Program-made: the position numbers and the translations under genes
Notes under the pieces: generated by a model
Told to the model about the DNA's origin: nothing
What the model saw: only the letters and a program-made list of their open reading frames with translations
Databases searched by the model: none
Source: Clostridium sp. CAG:217
GTDB taxonomy: Bacteria; Bacillota_I; Bacilli_A; Erysipelotrichales; Erysipelotrichaceae
Reading direction: 5' to 3'
Assembly: GCA_963623125.1 (NCBI GenBank)
Contig: CAVFKJ010000046.1
Location: forward strand, 41,253-103,304
DNA length: 62,052 bases
In this document: piece by piece, positions 1-8,609 of the stretch
Layout of the letters: each line of letters begins with the position of its first letter
Numbering within the stretch: position 1 is the first letter of the stretch

Positions 1-1
1 A

Positions 2-292
2 AAGGATCCTAACTTTGGTAATCTTTGGACTAATATTCCTTTAGATACTTTTAAAGAAATGGGCTTTAAGTTTGGTGATATTGTTAAGACTTCTATTTAT
101 CATAATGATAAGCTTTTATATAAGTGGGATCTTCCTTATTATGATTCATTTGGTAAGGCTAAAGATCATACGGTTATGATTTACAATAATGAGCTTAATA
201 AGATGGCTTTAGCTATGGTTGTTGATAACTTGTGTAAGACTTATGATTTAACTTTTGGTAAAGATTATAGAGTAGTATTTGAACATGAATAA
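2..292 (+). CDS. 3' end of an upstream DUF62 (S-adenosyl-L-methionine hydroxide adenosyltransferase family) paralog; 5' end lies outside the window
   Basis: Frame 2 is open from the window edge (KDPNFGNLWTNIPLDTFKEMGFKFGD...). This tail parallels the C-terminal ~90 aa of the next ORF (FGSLWTSIPYEDFKKCGFKFGD...). Confidence 0.6.
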   Translation, partial: KDPNFGNLWTNIPLDTFKEMGFKFGDIVKTSIYHNDKLLYKWDLPYYDSFGKAKDHTVMIYNNELNKMALAMVVDNLCKTYDLTFGKDYRVVFEHE

Positions 293-1130
293 TTTGCTGG
301 TTTTTCAAACTGATTTTGGCTTAGATGATGGTGCCATTAGTGCGATGGAGGGTGTAGCTTTTGGGGTAAGTCAAAGCCTTAATATTCGTCATCTAACGCA
401 TAATATTCCTCAATACAATATATTTGATGCCTCATATCGTTTGTATCAAGCTATTAATTATTGGCCAGAGGGTACCGTCTTTGTTTCGGTAGTTGATCCA
501 GGTGTAGGTAGTTCTAGAAAAAGCGTTGTAGCTAAGACTTCTACTAATCAATATATTGTTACCCCAAACAATGGTACTTTAACCCATATTGAGAAGTTTG
601 TAGGCATCGAGGAATTAAGGGAGATAGAAGAGAGTGTTAATCGTTTAAAGGATTCAGAACTTTCTTATACTTTCCATGGTCGTGATGTTTATGCCTATAC
701 TGGTGCTAGACTTGCGTCTAATACTATTGATATGAGTGGTGTAGGCCCTAAGCTTGATTTAAGTGAAATTGTAGAGCTTGAACTTTATGGTTGTCAGGAA
801 ATTGAAAATGGTGTTAAAGGTCAAATTGATATCTTAGATGTGCGTTTTGGTTCTTTATGGACATCTATTCCTTATGAAGATTTTAAGAAATGTGGTTTTA
901 AGTTTGGCGATAATATCTTAGTTAAAATCTTTAATAAGGATATTTGTGTTTACGCTAATACGGTAAATTATGGTAAATCTTTTGCGGATGTGCCTGTTTC
1001 TACGCCTATCATTTACATGAATAGCGCTTATCATATTGCCGTGGCAATAAATCAAGGCTCTTTTGCGAAAGCTTATAATATTGGGGTTGGTAGTGATTGG
1101 AAGATTACTATGCAAAAGGCCAGCATCTAA
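285..1130 (+). CDS. S-adenosyl-L-methionine hydroxide adenosyltransferase family protein (DUF62, SalL/FlA fold)
   Basis: N-terminal LLVFQTDFGLDDGAISAMEGV and VVDPGVGSSRK motifs are typical of DUF62. The ATG at 285 overlaps the stop (290-292) of the preceding paralog. The track start at 279 is a TTG. Confidence 0.75.
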   Translation: MNNLLVFQTDFGLDDGAISAMEGVAFGVSQSLNIRHLTHNIPQYNIFDASYRLYQAINYWPEGTVFVSVVDPGVGSSRKSVVAKTSTNQYIVTPNNGTLTHIEKFVGIEELREIEESVNRLKDSELSYTFHGRDVYAYTGARLASNTIDMSGVGPKLDLSEIVELELYGCQEIENGVKGQIDILDVRFGSLWTSIPYEDFKKCGFKFGDNILVKIFNKDICVYANTVNYGKSFADVPVSTPIIYMNSAYHIAVAINQGSFAKAYNIGVGSDWKITMQKASI

Positions 1131-1161
1131 ATAAATATAATATTTAAGTAATCTTAAAATG

Positions 1162-1188
1162 GCTTAAGTTTAACACTTAGGCTTTTTT
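1162..1188 (+). terminator. Rho-independent terminator candidate
   Basis: Imperfect hairpin gcttaagt/acttaggc followed by TTTTTT. Confidence 0.5.
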
Positions 1189-1233
1189 ATTTTTAAGGTT
1201 ATAATAAGAAAAAATAAGAAGGGAGTATTCTAT

Positions 1234-4200
1234 ATGAATAAATCGCTATTAGCCAAAGTCTTACGATGTGTGGTATTAAGCTTGTTGTTTATAACGATCA
1301 TGCCTTGTAATATCTTAGCCCAGGGGGAAAAAGCTTATGCCTATAGTGAAAGTGATGGTAAGAAGACTTATTATTATTCCATTCCTGAGGCGATGAATGG
1401 CTCAAGAAAAGGCGCTATTCATATGACAAGAGATTGGGATGTTGGTGCCCAAATCAATATTGTAGAGGGTACTACTTCTATCATTTATATGGATGGTTTT
1501 ACTATTTATAAAGCTAATGATACTGAGTCTGATCCTTATCTAGGCGGTTTGTTTACTACTCATCCTAATTCTAAGTTATATCTATATGGTTCAACTACTT
1601 CAAAAGAATTTATGGATAGTAATGGTAATAAGGTTATAAGTGGTGGTTTGCTTACTGGTGGTTATGCCCATGATGGCGGTGCCATTTATATGAGAAATAA
1701 TTCCAAAATATATTTAACTAATGTGGCAATTAGTGGAAATAAGGGCGAATATACCGGTGGTGGTATTCATGTTGGTGAGGATTGTGAGATTTGGATGGAT
1801 AATGGCCACATTGATCATAATTATTCTGGAACTAATGGCGGTGGTATTTATTCTAGTTCGGATGGTACCCGTATTCATATGAGCAATAACTCATCAATTA
1901 GTTATAATGATTCTCATTCAATAAGTGGCGGTGGTGCTGGCGTTTGTTTTAAAAAAACTTGGTTTTCAATCGAAGGTGATGGTACTGCCAAAATTAGCAA
2001 TAATACCCATCATGATAGTGATGGTAGTGGCGGCGGCATCTATGTTTGCCAAAATAATTTTCATACTAATAATGGTTTAATTAGCGGTGTTATTATTGAT
2101 GGCAATAAGGCTTCTAGAGGCGCTGGTGTTTGTATTGGTACAAGTAATATTGTTTTAAAAGATGTAACAATTGCAAATAATACCGTAAAAGTTGATGGTG
2201 ATAACACTGGCGGTGGTGGCGTTTATGTTGCGACTGATGTTGATGTTAATCTTCAAGGTAAAGTAGAAATAATCAATAACAAGCGAACTGATGGCGCTGA
2301 TGATGATTTATTATTAGATGCGTTTATCACAAAAGCTTATATAAGACTTAAGGGTTTAAGTTCTGATTCTTTGATTGGCATTCGAACAAGCACAACAGGT
2401 GATAGATTAGTAGTAAAAAACATTTCAGATTCTAAGCTTTATTCTTGTTTCTTTTTAAATCAAGCTTCAAGTTACCATCTAGGGATTGAATCTAAAGATA
2501 ATGAACTATGGCAAAGAAATGGCACTACAAGTTATACGGTTAAGGTAAATGGAAAGCCGGTTGGTAAATACGCAGAAGGTACAAAGAATGTTACGATTGT
2601 TGATAATAATACCGATACATCTAGAGTATTTGTTTCTTGGAAAGAAAATTCTCTGGTAAAGCTAACTAATGATCAATTAAAGTCAAAAACTATTTCTTTT
2701 ACAATGCCGGCATTCAATGTAAATATGGAGGCCAATTATCTTCCTTCTGTTAAAGAACTTTCTTTAGATATTGATGGCGCTATTACTGATGGTCAAAAGT
2801 TTCCTGTTAAGGGATCTCTTAATTGGACTTTTAACAATATCGAAAATAGCGAGACAGTTACTTTAAATTGGTATAAGAAACAAGATGATTCATTTATAAG
2901 TTGTGCAGAAAATGAAGTCGCAACAAGTGGTGGGGAATACATATTTGAAGTATATGCCGATGCAAAACAAGATGGTGTACATGTATTATCTAGCTCCATT
3001 ACAAAAGATAACATAAAGATAAATTATGAGGGTATAACAGTTAGTGAATTTTCTTTAAGCGATGAAGGAACATTAAATTTTAAGAGTGATAAGATTCTTA
3101 TAGGCAAAGATAAGATTAAATATGTTGATCCAATAGTTGTTTTAGTAAGAGAAGGTGATAGTAAAAGGAATGTTATAAAGGCTATCACTCAAGTAAACAA
3201 TAATACTAGAAAACTTATCGCTACTTCTTATAATGGCTATGAATATGAAGTTGAACTAAATACGATTGAAATTGGAACATTTAATATAGATGGCGTGTTT
3301 GATAAAGAAGGTGAAGATGGAAAAGTGGCAGAAAATGCCAAGGCTTATTATCAAACAAGTGTTGGTGTCTCTACTACAAATAGTAAGATTGATTTAAATG
3401 GTAACACTAGTGCTGATGTGGTCATTATGGTGTTACCTAATAATGATGGAGATGCTGATACAAAGCCAAGTAAGCCTGAATTATTAGATAATGAATCTTG
3501 GACATTTGGTGACACTTTGTCAAAGAAAATAAAAATAGAATATAACGATTATCAAAAAGCATATTTACTTTATTATGATAAAGATGATGATGGTATCTTA
3601 AAATGGAACCTTAAGAATGTATTTGAACAACAAATTGTAGCTAGTAAAAATTCTTATAAAGAAGTTAAGGCTTTTGCTTGGGTTGTTGAAAACGGTAATA
3701 TGTCCGATGTTGCAAGTAAGCTTTATATAATTGACAATAGAATTAAATTCACATCATTTATTTCTAAGGTAGATGTGACAATTGATAATCTTGTTTATGG
3801 CCAAAGTTTGCCAACAGTTGTTAAAAATGTTGATGTAACTTTATCTGGAAATAAAGTTGCTTTATATAAGGATGTGCCAATACAATCATGGAATACAAAT
3901 GGTGAAGAGGTAGCTTTAAATAACAAGGTATATCAAGCCAAGATAGAAATAACCAATACGGGTGATTATGATATTGAGTATTTGTCTTCTTTACATGTAG
4001 AAGTTAATAATAATTCTAATATTTATGCTTATATAAAAAATGAAGATGGTAAAGCTATGTTATATATTATTTTCCCAGAACTAGAAGGTAGTACTGGTGA
4101 TTATGATGAAGATATACCGTTAAGTTATACTTTAAATGATATTGAAATAGATGATTATACTAGTGAGATATCTTATGAGGAAGCATGTAAATTGAACAAC

Positions 4201-4584
4201 GAAGTAAGTAAACTTGATTTGCCTAATGTAATACTAAAGTCAATTAATAATAATGATGATTCTAAAGAGTACTTTAGGATATATAAGGATGATATAGACT
4301 ATAGGATTATTACACCATTTGACTTAAACAATTATAATGCTCAAGAGATAGTAATAGAGGGCACTATTAACGAACCTTCATATTTAGAGTTTAATGGTTT
4401 AAGCAATAAGTTTACTTTAAGAATTAAAGTCAATTCAAAACAAGGTTATATACCTCAAGATGTTTTGGATAACTCAAGTAATAAGGCTATTACTTGTGAG
4501 GAATATATGAAATCAAAAGATTGGACTTGGTCTGAAAGTAAGAAGGCTTGTGTATATAAGGTAAGCAATACAAATAGTAAATAA
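1234..4584 (+). CDS. Large secreted surface protein with polymorphic-membrane-protein (PMP)-type beta-helix repeats
   Basis: N-terminal signal peptide (VVLSLLFITIMPCNILAQG). It has repeated GGAIY / GGGIH / GGGIY / GGGAGV / GGGVYV motifs spaced 20-30 aa apart. The long beta-rich C-terminal part looks Ig-like. No LPXTG is present. Confidence 0.7.
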   Translation: MNKSLLAKVLRCVVLSLLFITIMPCNILAQGEKAYAYSESDGKKTYYYSIPEAMNGSRKGAIHMTRDWDVGAQINIVEGTTSIIYMDGFTIYKANDTESDPYLGGLFTTHPNSKLYLYGSTTSKEFMDSNGNKVISGGLLTGGYAHDGGAIYMRNNSKIYLTNVAISGNKGEYTGGGIHVGEDCEIWMDNGHIDHNYSGTNGGGIYSSSDGTRIHMSNNSSISYNDSHSISGGGAGVCFKKTWFSIEGDGTAKISNNTHHDSDGSGGGIYVCQNNFHTNNGLISGVIIDGNKASRGAGVCIGTSNIVLKDVTIANNTVKVDGDNTGGGGVYVATDVDVNLQGKVEIINNKRTDGADDDLLLDAFITKAYIRLKGLSSDSLIGIRTSTTGDRLVVKNISDSKLYSCFFLNQASSYHLGIESKDNELWQRNGTTSYTVKVNGKPVGKYAEGTKNVTIVDNNTDTSRVFVSWKENSLVKLTNDQLKSKTISFTMPAFNVNMEANYLPSVKELSLDIDGAITDGQKFPVKGSLNWTFNNIENSETVTLNWYKKQDDSFISCAENEVATSGGEYIFEVYADAKQDGVHVLSSSITKDNIKINYEGITVSEFSLSDEGTLNFKSDKILIGKDKIKYVDPIVVLVREGDSKRNVIKAITQVNNNTRKLIATSYNGYEYEVELNTIEIGTFNIDGVFDKEGEDGKVAENAKAYYQTSVGVSTTNSKIDLNGNTSADVVIMVLPNNDGDADTKPSKPELLDNESWTFGDTLSKKIKIEYNDYQKAYLLYYDKDDDGILKWNLKNVFEQQIVASKNSYKEVKAFAWVVENGNMSDVASKLYIIDNRIKFTSFISKVDVTIDNLVYGQSLPTVVKNVDVTLSGNKVALYKDVPIQSWNTNGEEVALNNKVYQAKIEITNTGDYDIEYLSSLHVEVNNNSNIYAYIKNEDGKAMLYIIFPELEGSTGDYDEDIPLSYTLNDIEIDDYTSEISYEEACKLNNEVSKLDLPNVILKSINNNDDSKEYFRIYKDDIDYRIITPFDLNNYNAQEIVIEGTINEPSYLEFNGLSNKFTLRIKVNSKQGYIPQDVLDNSSNKAITCEEYMKSKDWTWSESKKACVYKVSNTNSK

Positions 4585-4589
4585 TCAAC

Positions 4590-4619
4590 AAGGTTTGGGT
4601 GTATGCTCAAGCCTTTTTT
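4590..4619 (+). terminator. Rho-independent terminator
   Basis: Stem aaggtttggg/ctcaagcctt (with G-U pairs) followed by a T-run. Confidence 0.6.
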
Positions 4620-4620
4620 A

Positions 4621-4720
4621 TAAAACATGTAATTTTAGACTTAAAAAACATCATAAAACTTGTAATATTTGCTTTAAAAAATAGCTTAAAACTTGTAATG
4701 AAAAAACTGTGATTGTAAAA
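4621..4720. repeat. Degenerate 33-bp tandem repeat, about 3 units
   Basis: TAAAAC(A/T)TGTAAT occurs at 4621, 4654 and 4687 (exact 33-bp spacing). Each copy is followed by a TTAAAAAA-like A-run. Confidence 0.7.
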
Positions 4721-4760
4721 TACGCCTTAAATAAAGGGCATTTCGTTAATGTTTGCTACA

Positions 4761-4824
4761 ACTAGACAAGACTAGATAAGTTTTGTCTAGTCACTAGACA
4801 AAATATTGTCGAGTAACTAGACAA
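4761..4824. repeat. ACTAGACAA word array: two direct copies plus two 9-1-9 palindromes
   Basis: actagacaa at 4761 and actagataa at 4771. Perfect palindrome ttgtctagt-c-actagacaa at 4783-4801. Near-palindrome ttgtcgagt-a-actagacaa at 4806-4824. Confidence 0.75.
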
Positions 4825-4858
4825 ATATGCGCGCAGGATATTGCTTTTGCATTTTTAA

Positions 4859-5854
4859 TCAAAGAGTTTCAAACATATCTAATGCATAAGAGTGAATATC
4901 ACTTGGCTTTACCATGTTGTATTTTTCTTTTATTGCTTTAAAATATGCTCCAATAGATTCGTTTGAAATAATCTTTTCAGATGGAGATTCTAACGGTAAA
5001 TCACTTCTGGCCTCAAGCCAAGGTGTTTCGCTATGCGTGAATTTTTCAAGTACTTTTCCACTGTAACAGCAAAAATTATCTATAACGCTATCAAAGATTG
5101 CTTTTTCTGCTGTGCTTAAGCACGAATCATCAAAGCTTGTATTCTTGGCAATAGGATCAAAATGATAATCACGATATTTAAAATAGACTTCTCGATAAAC
5201 AGGGCCATGTGTCCATGCTTCGCATTCTTCTTTAAAAAGGAAAGTATCACAAAAGGCAAAGTAAAACCCTTGGATATAATATAAAGCCTTTTGTAGTGCT
5301 AAAGGTGTGACATCTTCACATTTATTTAAAAGATATTTGATTGCAATATCGATTTTTGAAGATGAGGTTGTAGATTCATTTATTAATGCATCTACTGCTT
5401 TACGGCTTTTTTTATACGCATTCAATGACTTTAAATTGCCTTTTCTAGATTCTAGTAATTTTGCATAATAATGTGGGTCTTCATATATTTTGGCAAGAAT
5501 TTCTGAATATTGTTTTGTAGGAATATCACCTTCACAATATCTAGAAAAAGTAAGTTCTCCCCATCCCAATAAAAGTGAAAGCGGTCTTTTACCAATTGCA
5601 TATTTTTTAGGGATTGCCAAAATTGTTTCTAATGAAAGAATACCGTTTTTTTCGCGATATGTATCATATAAAGCTTTTAGATTAAAGTCGTTGATTTCTC
5701 TAACATAAACTTTCGAATTGCACTTAGTACATCTAGCAATCTTTCCAATATAACTATACTTTGTGCCCTTAATGGTTCCCTCCATCGATTCTTTATTTAC
5801 TTCATATTCTTCATCAAGACGACAATTTTCACAAAAAATCATTTTTTTATTCAT
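4859..5854 (-). CDS. Antitoxin candidate: MqsA-like zinc ribbon + XRE-type HTH fused to a DUF4065 (SocA/Panacea) domain
   Basis: CENC...CTKC zinc ribbon at the N-terminus. HTH-like segment LSLLLGWGELTFSRYCEGDIPTKQYSEIL. DUF4065-like segment LALQKALYYIQGFYFAF...WTHGPVYREVY. Its start overlaps the upstream ORF by 8 nt. Confidence 0.65.
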   Translation of the reverse strand: MNKKMIFCENCRLDEEYEVNKESMEGTIKGTKYSYIGKIARCTKCNSKVYVREINDFNLKALYDTYREKNGILSLETILAIPKKYAIGKRPLSLLLGWGELTFSRYCEGDIPTKQYSEILAKIYEDPHYYAKLLESRKGNLKSLNAYKKSRKAVDALINESTTSSSKIDIAIKYLLNKCEDVTPLALQKALYYIQGFYFAFCDTFLFKEECEAWTHGPVYREVYFKYRDYHFDPIAKNTSFDDSCLSTAEKAIFDSVIDNFCCYSGKVLEKFTHSETPWLEARSDLPLESPSEKIISNESIGAYFKAIKEKYNMVKPSDIHSYALDMFETL

Positions 5855-6287
5855 TATGATTCTCCTTTTCTATATCTTGTCTAAATAGATACTCTATTGG
5901 TTTATTTTTCTTATGAAAGGAAATTACAATAGTTCTACTTCCAGATGGCAAGTCAATAATATTGAATTTCGTATATACATCTATCGTTTCTTCTTTACCA
6001 TCAGCGTTAAAAAGTTTAATTTGAGGGACAAAGACATAAAGTATTTCGTATTCATAGCCAATATGTGTGTTTTGTAAAGAATGACAGAAATCTTCAACTT
6101 TTATTCCCATTAGAATAGCCTTTTGTTTATCACTGCGAATATTATATTCGTTGATAAAATCAATATTTTCTTGACGATTATCATTCATGGAAATTACATA
6201 TTGGTCTAAAGATATACATGTTTTAATTTTGCTTAGAACATCTTCTATTTCCTTACGTGAATAGTTTTGATTATAATACGAATTCAT
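5847..6287 (-). CDS. MqsR-like toxin candidate
   Basis: The C-terminal IDVYTKFNIID...RTIVISFHKKNK resembles the MqsR end (QVYLKITVIHDVLIVSFKEK). VEDFCHS resembles MqsR SESDFYKS. The gene is toxin-first and overlaps the antitoxin. GAGGG RBS lies upstream of the ATG. Confidence 0.5.
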   Translation of the reverse strand: MNSYYNQNYSRKEIEDVLSKIKTCISLDQYVISMNDNRQENIDFINEYNIRSDKQKAILMGIKVEDFCHSLQNTHIGYEYEILYVFVPQIKLFNADGKEETIDVYTKFNIIDLPSGSRTIVISFHKKNKPIEYLFRQDIEKENHNE

Positions 6288-6343
6288 TAGTCCCTCTTCA
6301 ATGATTATGATACATTAATTGCCTAATTGTGTCTAGATAAAGT

Positions 6344-6357
6344 GTATCAATTGATAC
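6344..6357. promoter_or_regulatory. Palindromic operator candidate in the promoter region of the toxin-antitoxin operon
   Basis: Perfect 14-bp palindrome GTATCAATTGATAC about 60 bp upstream of the toxin start. An extra TGATACA half-site lies at 6307-6313. Confidence 0.4.
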
Positions 6358-6440
6358 ATATTTTAAATTTGCCAACCGAAACACTTTATGAACAAAAGTC
6401 ATTTATTGAGGTTACAATAGAAATAACTAAGAGGTATGAT

Positions 6441-7724
6441 ATGTCAAAGTATGTTTTAACTAATTGTTTTGTTTTAGATGGTACAAAGGACATGAAGGCT
6501 AATAAAGGTAGCGTTTATGTTGAAAATGATAAGATCGTTAAAGTAAGTGATGATGATAAGCTAATTGAAGGTTATGAAGTGATTGATTTAAAGGGTAAAT
6601 ATTTAATGCCTGGTTTAATCAATATGCATGTTCATTTGGCTGGCAATGGTAAGCCCCAAAAGAAACAAAGAGATAATGAGAAGCTAGTTAAGCAAGTTTT
6701 CGCTACAGCTGCTGGACGTTATGTGGCTAGAAAGCTTGTAGAAGATTATGCCAAGATTGAGCTTATGTCTGGAGTTACAACCATTAGAACAGTAGGGGGC
6801 CTAAAAGATTTAGATTCTAAGACAAGAGATAAGATTAATGCTGGTAAGATGGTTGGGCCTAGAATCTTGTGTTCTAATACCGCAATTTCTGTAAAGGGTG
6901 GTCATATGGCGGGTAGTGTTGCCAAGGCTTGCGATAGTATTGATGAAGCTTTAGCTTTTATTGACGAGCTTAATAAAGAAGGTGTTGATTTAATTAAGCT
7001 GATGATTACTGGCGGTGTAATGGATGCTAAGGAAAAGGGTGTTCCTGGCCAATTAAAGATGAAACCGGAGATGGTTAAGGCGTGTTGTAAGAGGGCACAC
7101 GAGCTTGGTTTTATTGTTTCAGCCCATGTAGAAAGCCCTGAGGGTGTTAAGGTAGCCTTGGAAAATGGTGTTGATTCTATTGAGCATGGTGCTGTTTTAG
7201 ATGATGAATGTGTCAAATTATTCAAGGAAAAGAAGGCTTTCTTGATTTGTACAGTTTCACCTGGCATTCCATATGCTTTATTTGATAGAGAAGTAGCTCA
7301 TACAAGTGAAGTTGAAAAGTATAATGGCGAAATTGTCTTAAATGGTTTTATCGAAGGCGCTAAGAAGGCTTTGGAAAATAATATTCCGGTAGGGCTTGGC
7401 AATGATGTAGGCTGTCCTTGGATTAGCCAATATGACTTCTATAGAGAGCTTGTTTATTTCCATAAATATGTTGGCGTAAGTAACGCTTTTGCCTTATATA
7501 CCGCAACGCTTAATAACGCTAGATTAGCGGGCGTAGAAAAAGAAACCGGTTCAATTGAAGCTAATAAGTGTGCAGATATGATTGTTACTAGTAAAAATCC
7601 TTTAGATAATCTTAATAATTTGCGTAATGTGGATATGGTTATTAAATCGGGTAAGATTATCTATAATCCAAAGGTTAAGCGTAAGGCTTATGTTGATTCT
7701 TATTTGGATGAATATTGTAAATAA
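6441..7724 (+). CDS. Metal-dependent amidohydrolase family protein
   Basis: LMPGLINMHVHL (HxH metal motif), SAHV and SIEHG motifs. AAGAGG RBS lies 7 nt before the ATG at 6441. The track start at 6327 would run through the divergent promoter. Confidence 0.75.
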   Translation: MSKYVLTNCFVLDGTKDMKANKGSVYVENDKIVKVSDDDKLIEGYEVIDLKGKYLMPGLINMHVHLAGNGKPQKKQRDNEKLVKQVFATAAGRYVARKLVEDYAKIELMSGVTTIRTVGGLKDLDSKTRDKINAGKMVGPRILCSNTAISVKGGHMAGSVAKACDSIDEALAFIDELNKEGVDLIKLMITGGVMDAKEKGVPGQLKMKPEMVKACCKRAHELGFIVSAHVESPEGVKVALENGVDSIEHGAVLDDECVKLFKEKKAFLICTVSPGIPYALFDREVAHTSEVEKYNGEIVLNGFIEGAKKALENNIPVGLGNDVGCPWISQYDFYRELVYFHKYVGVSNAFALYTATLNNARLAGVEKETGSIEANKCADMIVTSKNPLDNLNNLRNVDMVIKSGKIIYNPKVKRKAYVDSYLDEYCK

Positions 7725-7754
7725 TATAGAGATTTTATCGTTATAATAAATATC

Positions 7755-8609
7755 GTGAAAAAAGAAGTTCGTGATTATTTATTTATTATCTTTTGGTCAT
7801 TTATTTTCGCATTAAGTTGTAATCTTTTTATTGTCCCCTTTGGACTTTATAATGGTGGCATTATTGGGGTTGCCCAACTTATTAGAACTTTGATAGTTAA
7901 TGTATTTAAAGTAAATGTTAACTTTGATTTAACGGGTATTGCGAATCTATTAATTAATATTCCGCTTTTAATTATTTCTTTAAAAGTATTAAATAAGAAC
8001 TTTGTCTATAAGACTATTGTTTCCGTAATTTTTCAAACAATAGCCTTTTCTATTGTCTTTAAGGCTTCACCTATTAATGATGAACTAGTAAGCATTATCG
8101 TTGGTGGAGCAATATCAGGTTATGCTATCTCAAGAATTTTGGTTTATAAGGCCTCGGGTGGCGGCAATGATATCTTGGGATTGTTTGTTACTTTAAAACA
8201 TCCAACAATTTCTGTTGGTAGATATTGTTTTATCTTTAACTGTATTTTATATGGACTTTGTGCTATATTGTTTAATTTTGAGACAGCTGTTTATTCAATC
8301 ATTCAAGCTTTTGTTTATTCAACCGTAATTGATAAGGGACATTTAGAGAATATTGATGTAGCTTTGATGATTTTTACTAAGAATGAAGAAGTAAAGAAGA
8401 TGATTATGAAAGATAATCGTCGTGGTGTTACTACTTGGTCAGGTAAGGGCGCTTATACTAATAAGGATACTGAAGTACTAGTTTCGGTTGTATCAAAGTA
8501 TGAGGTTTATGAATTAAAAAGAAAGATTAGAAATTTGGATAAGGATGCGTTTATCATTATTACAAATGTTGAGGATGTATCTGGCGGTTATGATAAGAGG
8601 TTGGTATGA
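7755..8609 (+). CDS. YitT-family membrane protein with C-terminal DUF2179
   Basis: Multi-TM N-terminal part (FGLYNGGIIGVAQL) plus a DUF2179-like tail (VALMIFTKNEE...AFIIITNVEDVSGGY). GTG start. Confidence 0.75.
   Translation: MKKEVRDYLFIIFWSFIFALSCNLFIVPFGLYNGGIIGVAQLIRTLIVNVFKVNVNFDLTGIANLLINIPLLIISLKVLNKNFVYKTIVSVIFQTIAFSIVFKASPINDELVSIIVGGAISGYAISRILVYKASGGGNDILGLFVTLKHPTISVGRYCFIFNCILYGLCAILFNFETAVYSIIQAFVYSTVIDKGHLENIDVALMIFTKNEEVKKMIMKDNRRGVTTWSGKGAYTNKDTEVLVSVVSKYEVYELKRKIRNLDKDAFIIITNVEDVSGGYDKRLV

Noticed and set aside
6327-6440. The 38-aa N-terminal extension of the amidohydrolase ORF given in the track (start 6327).
   Set aside because: It uses a non-ATG start and would run through the palindrome-containing divergent promoter region. 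A good AAGAGG RBS precedes the ATG at 6441, and the protein family starts at MSKYVLTN.
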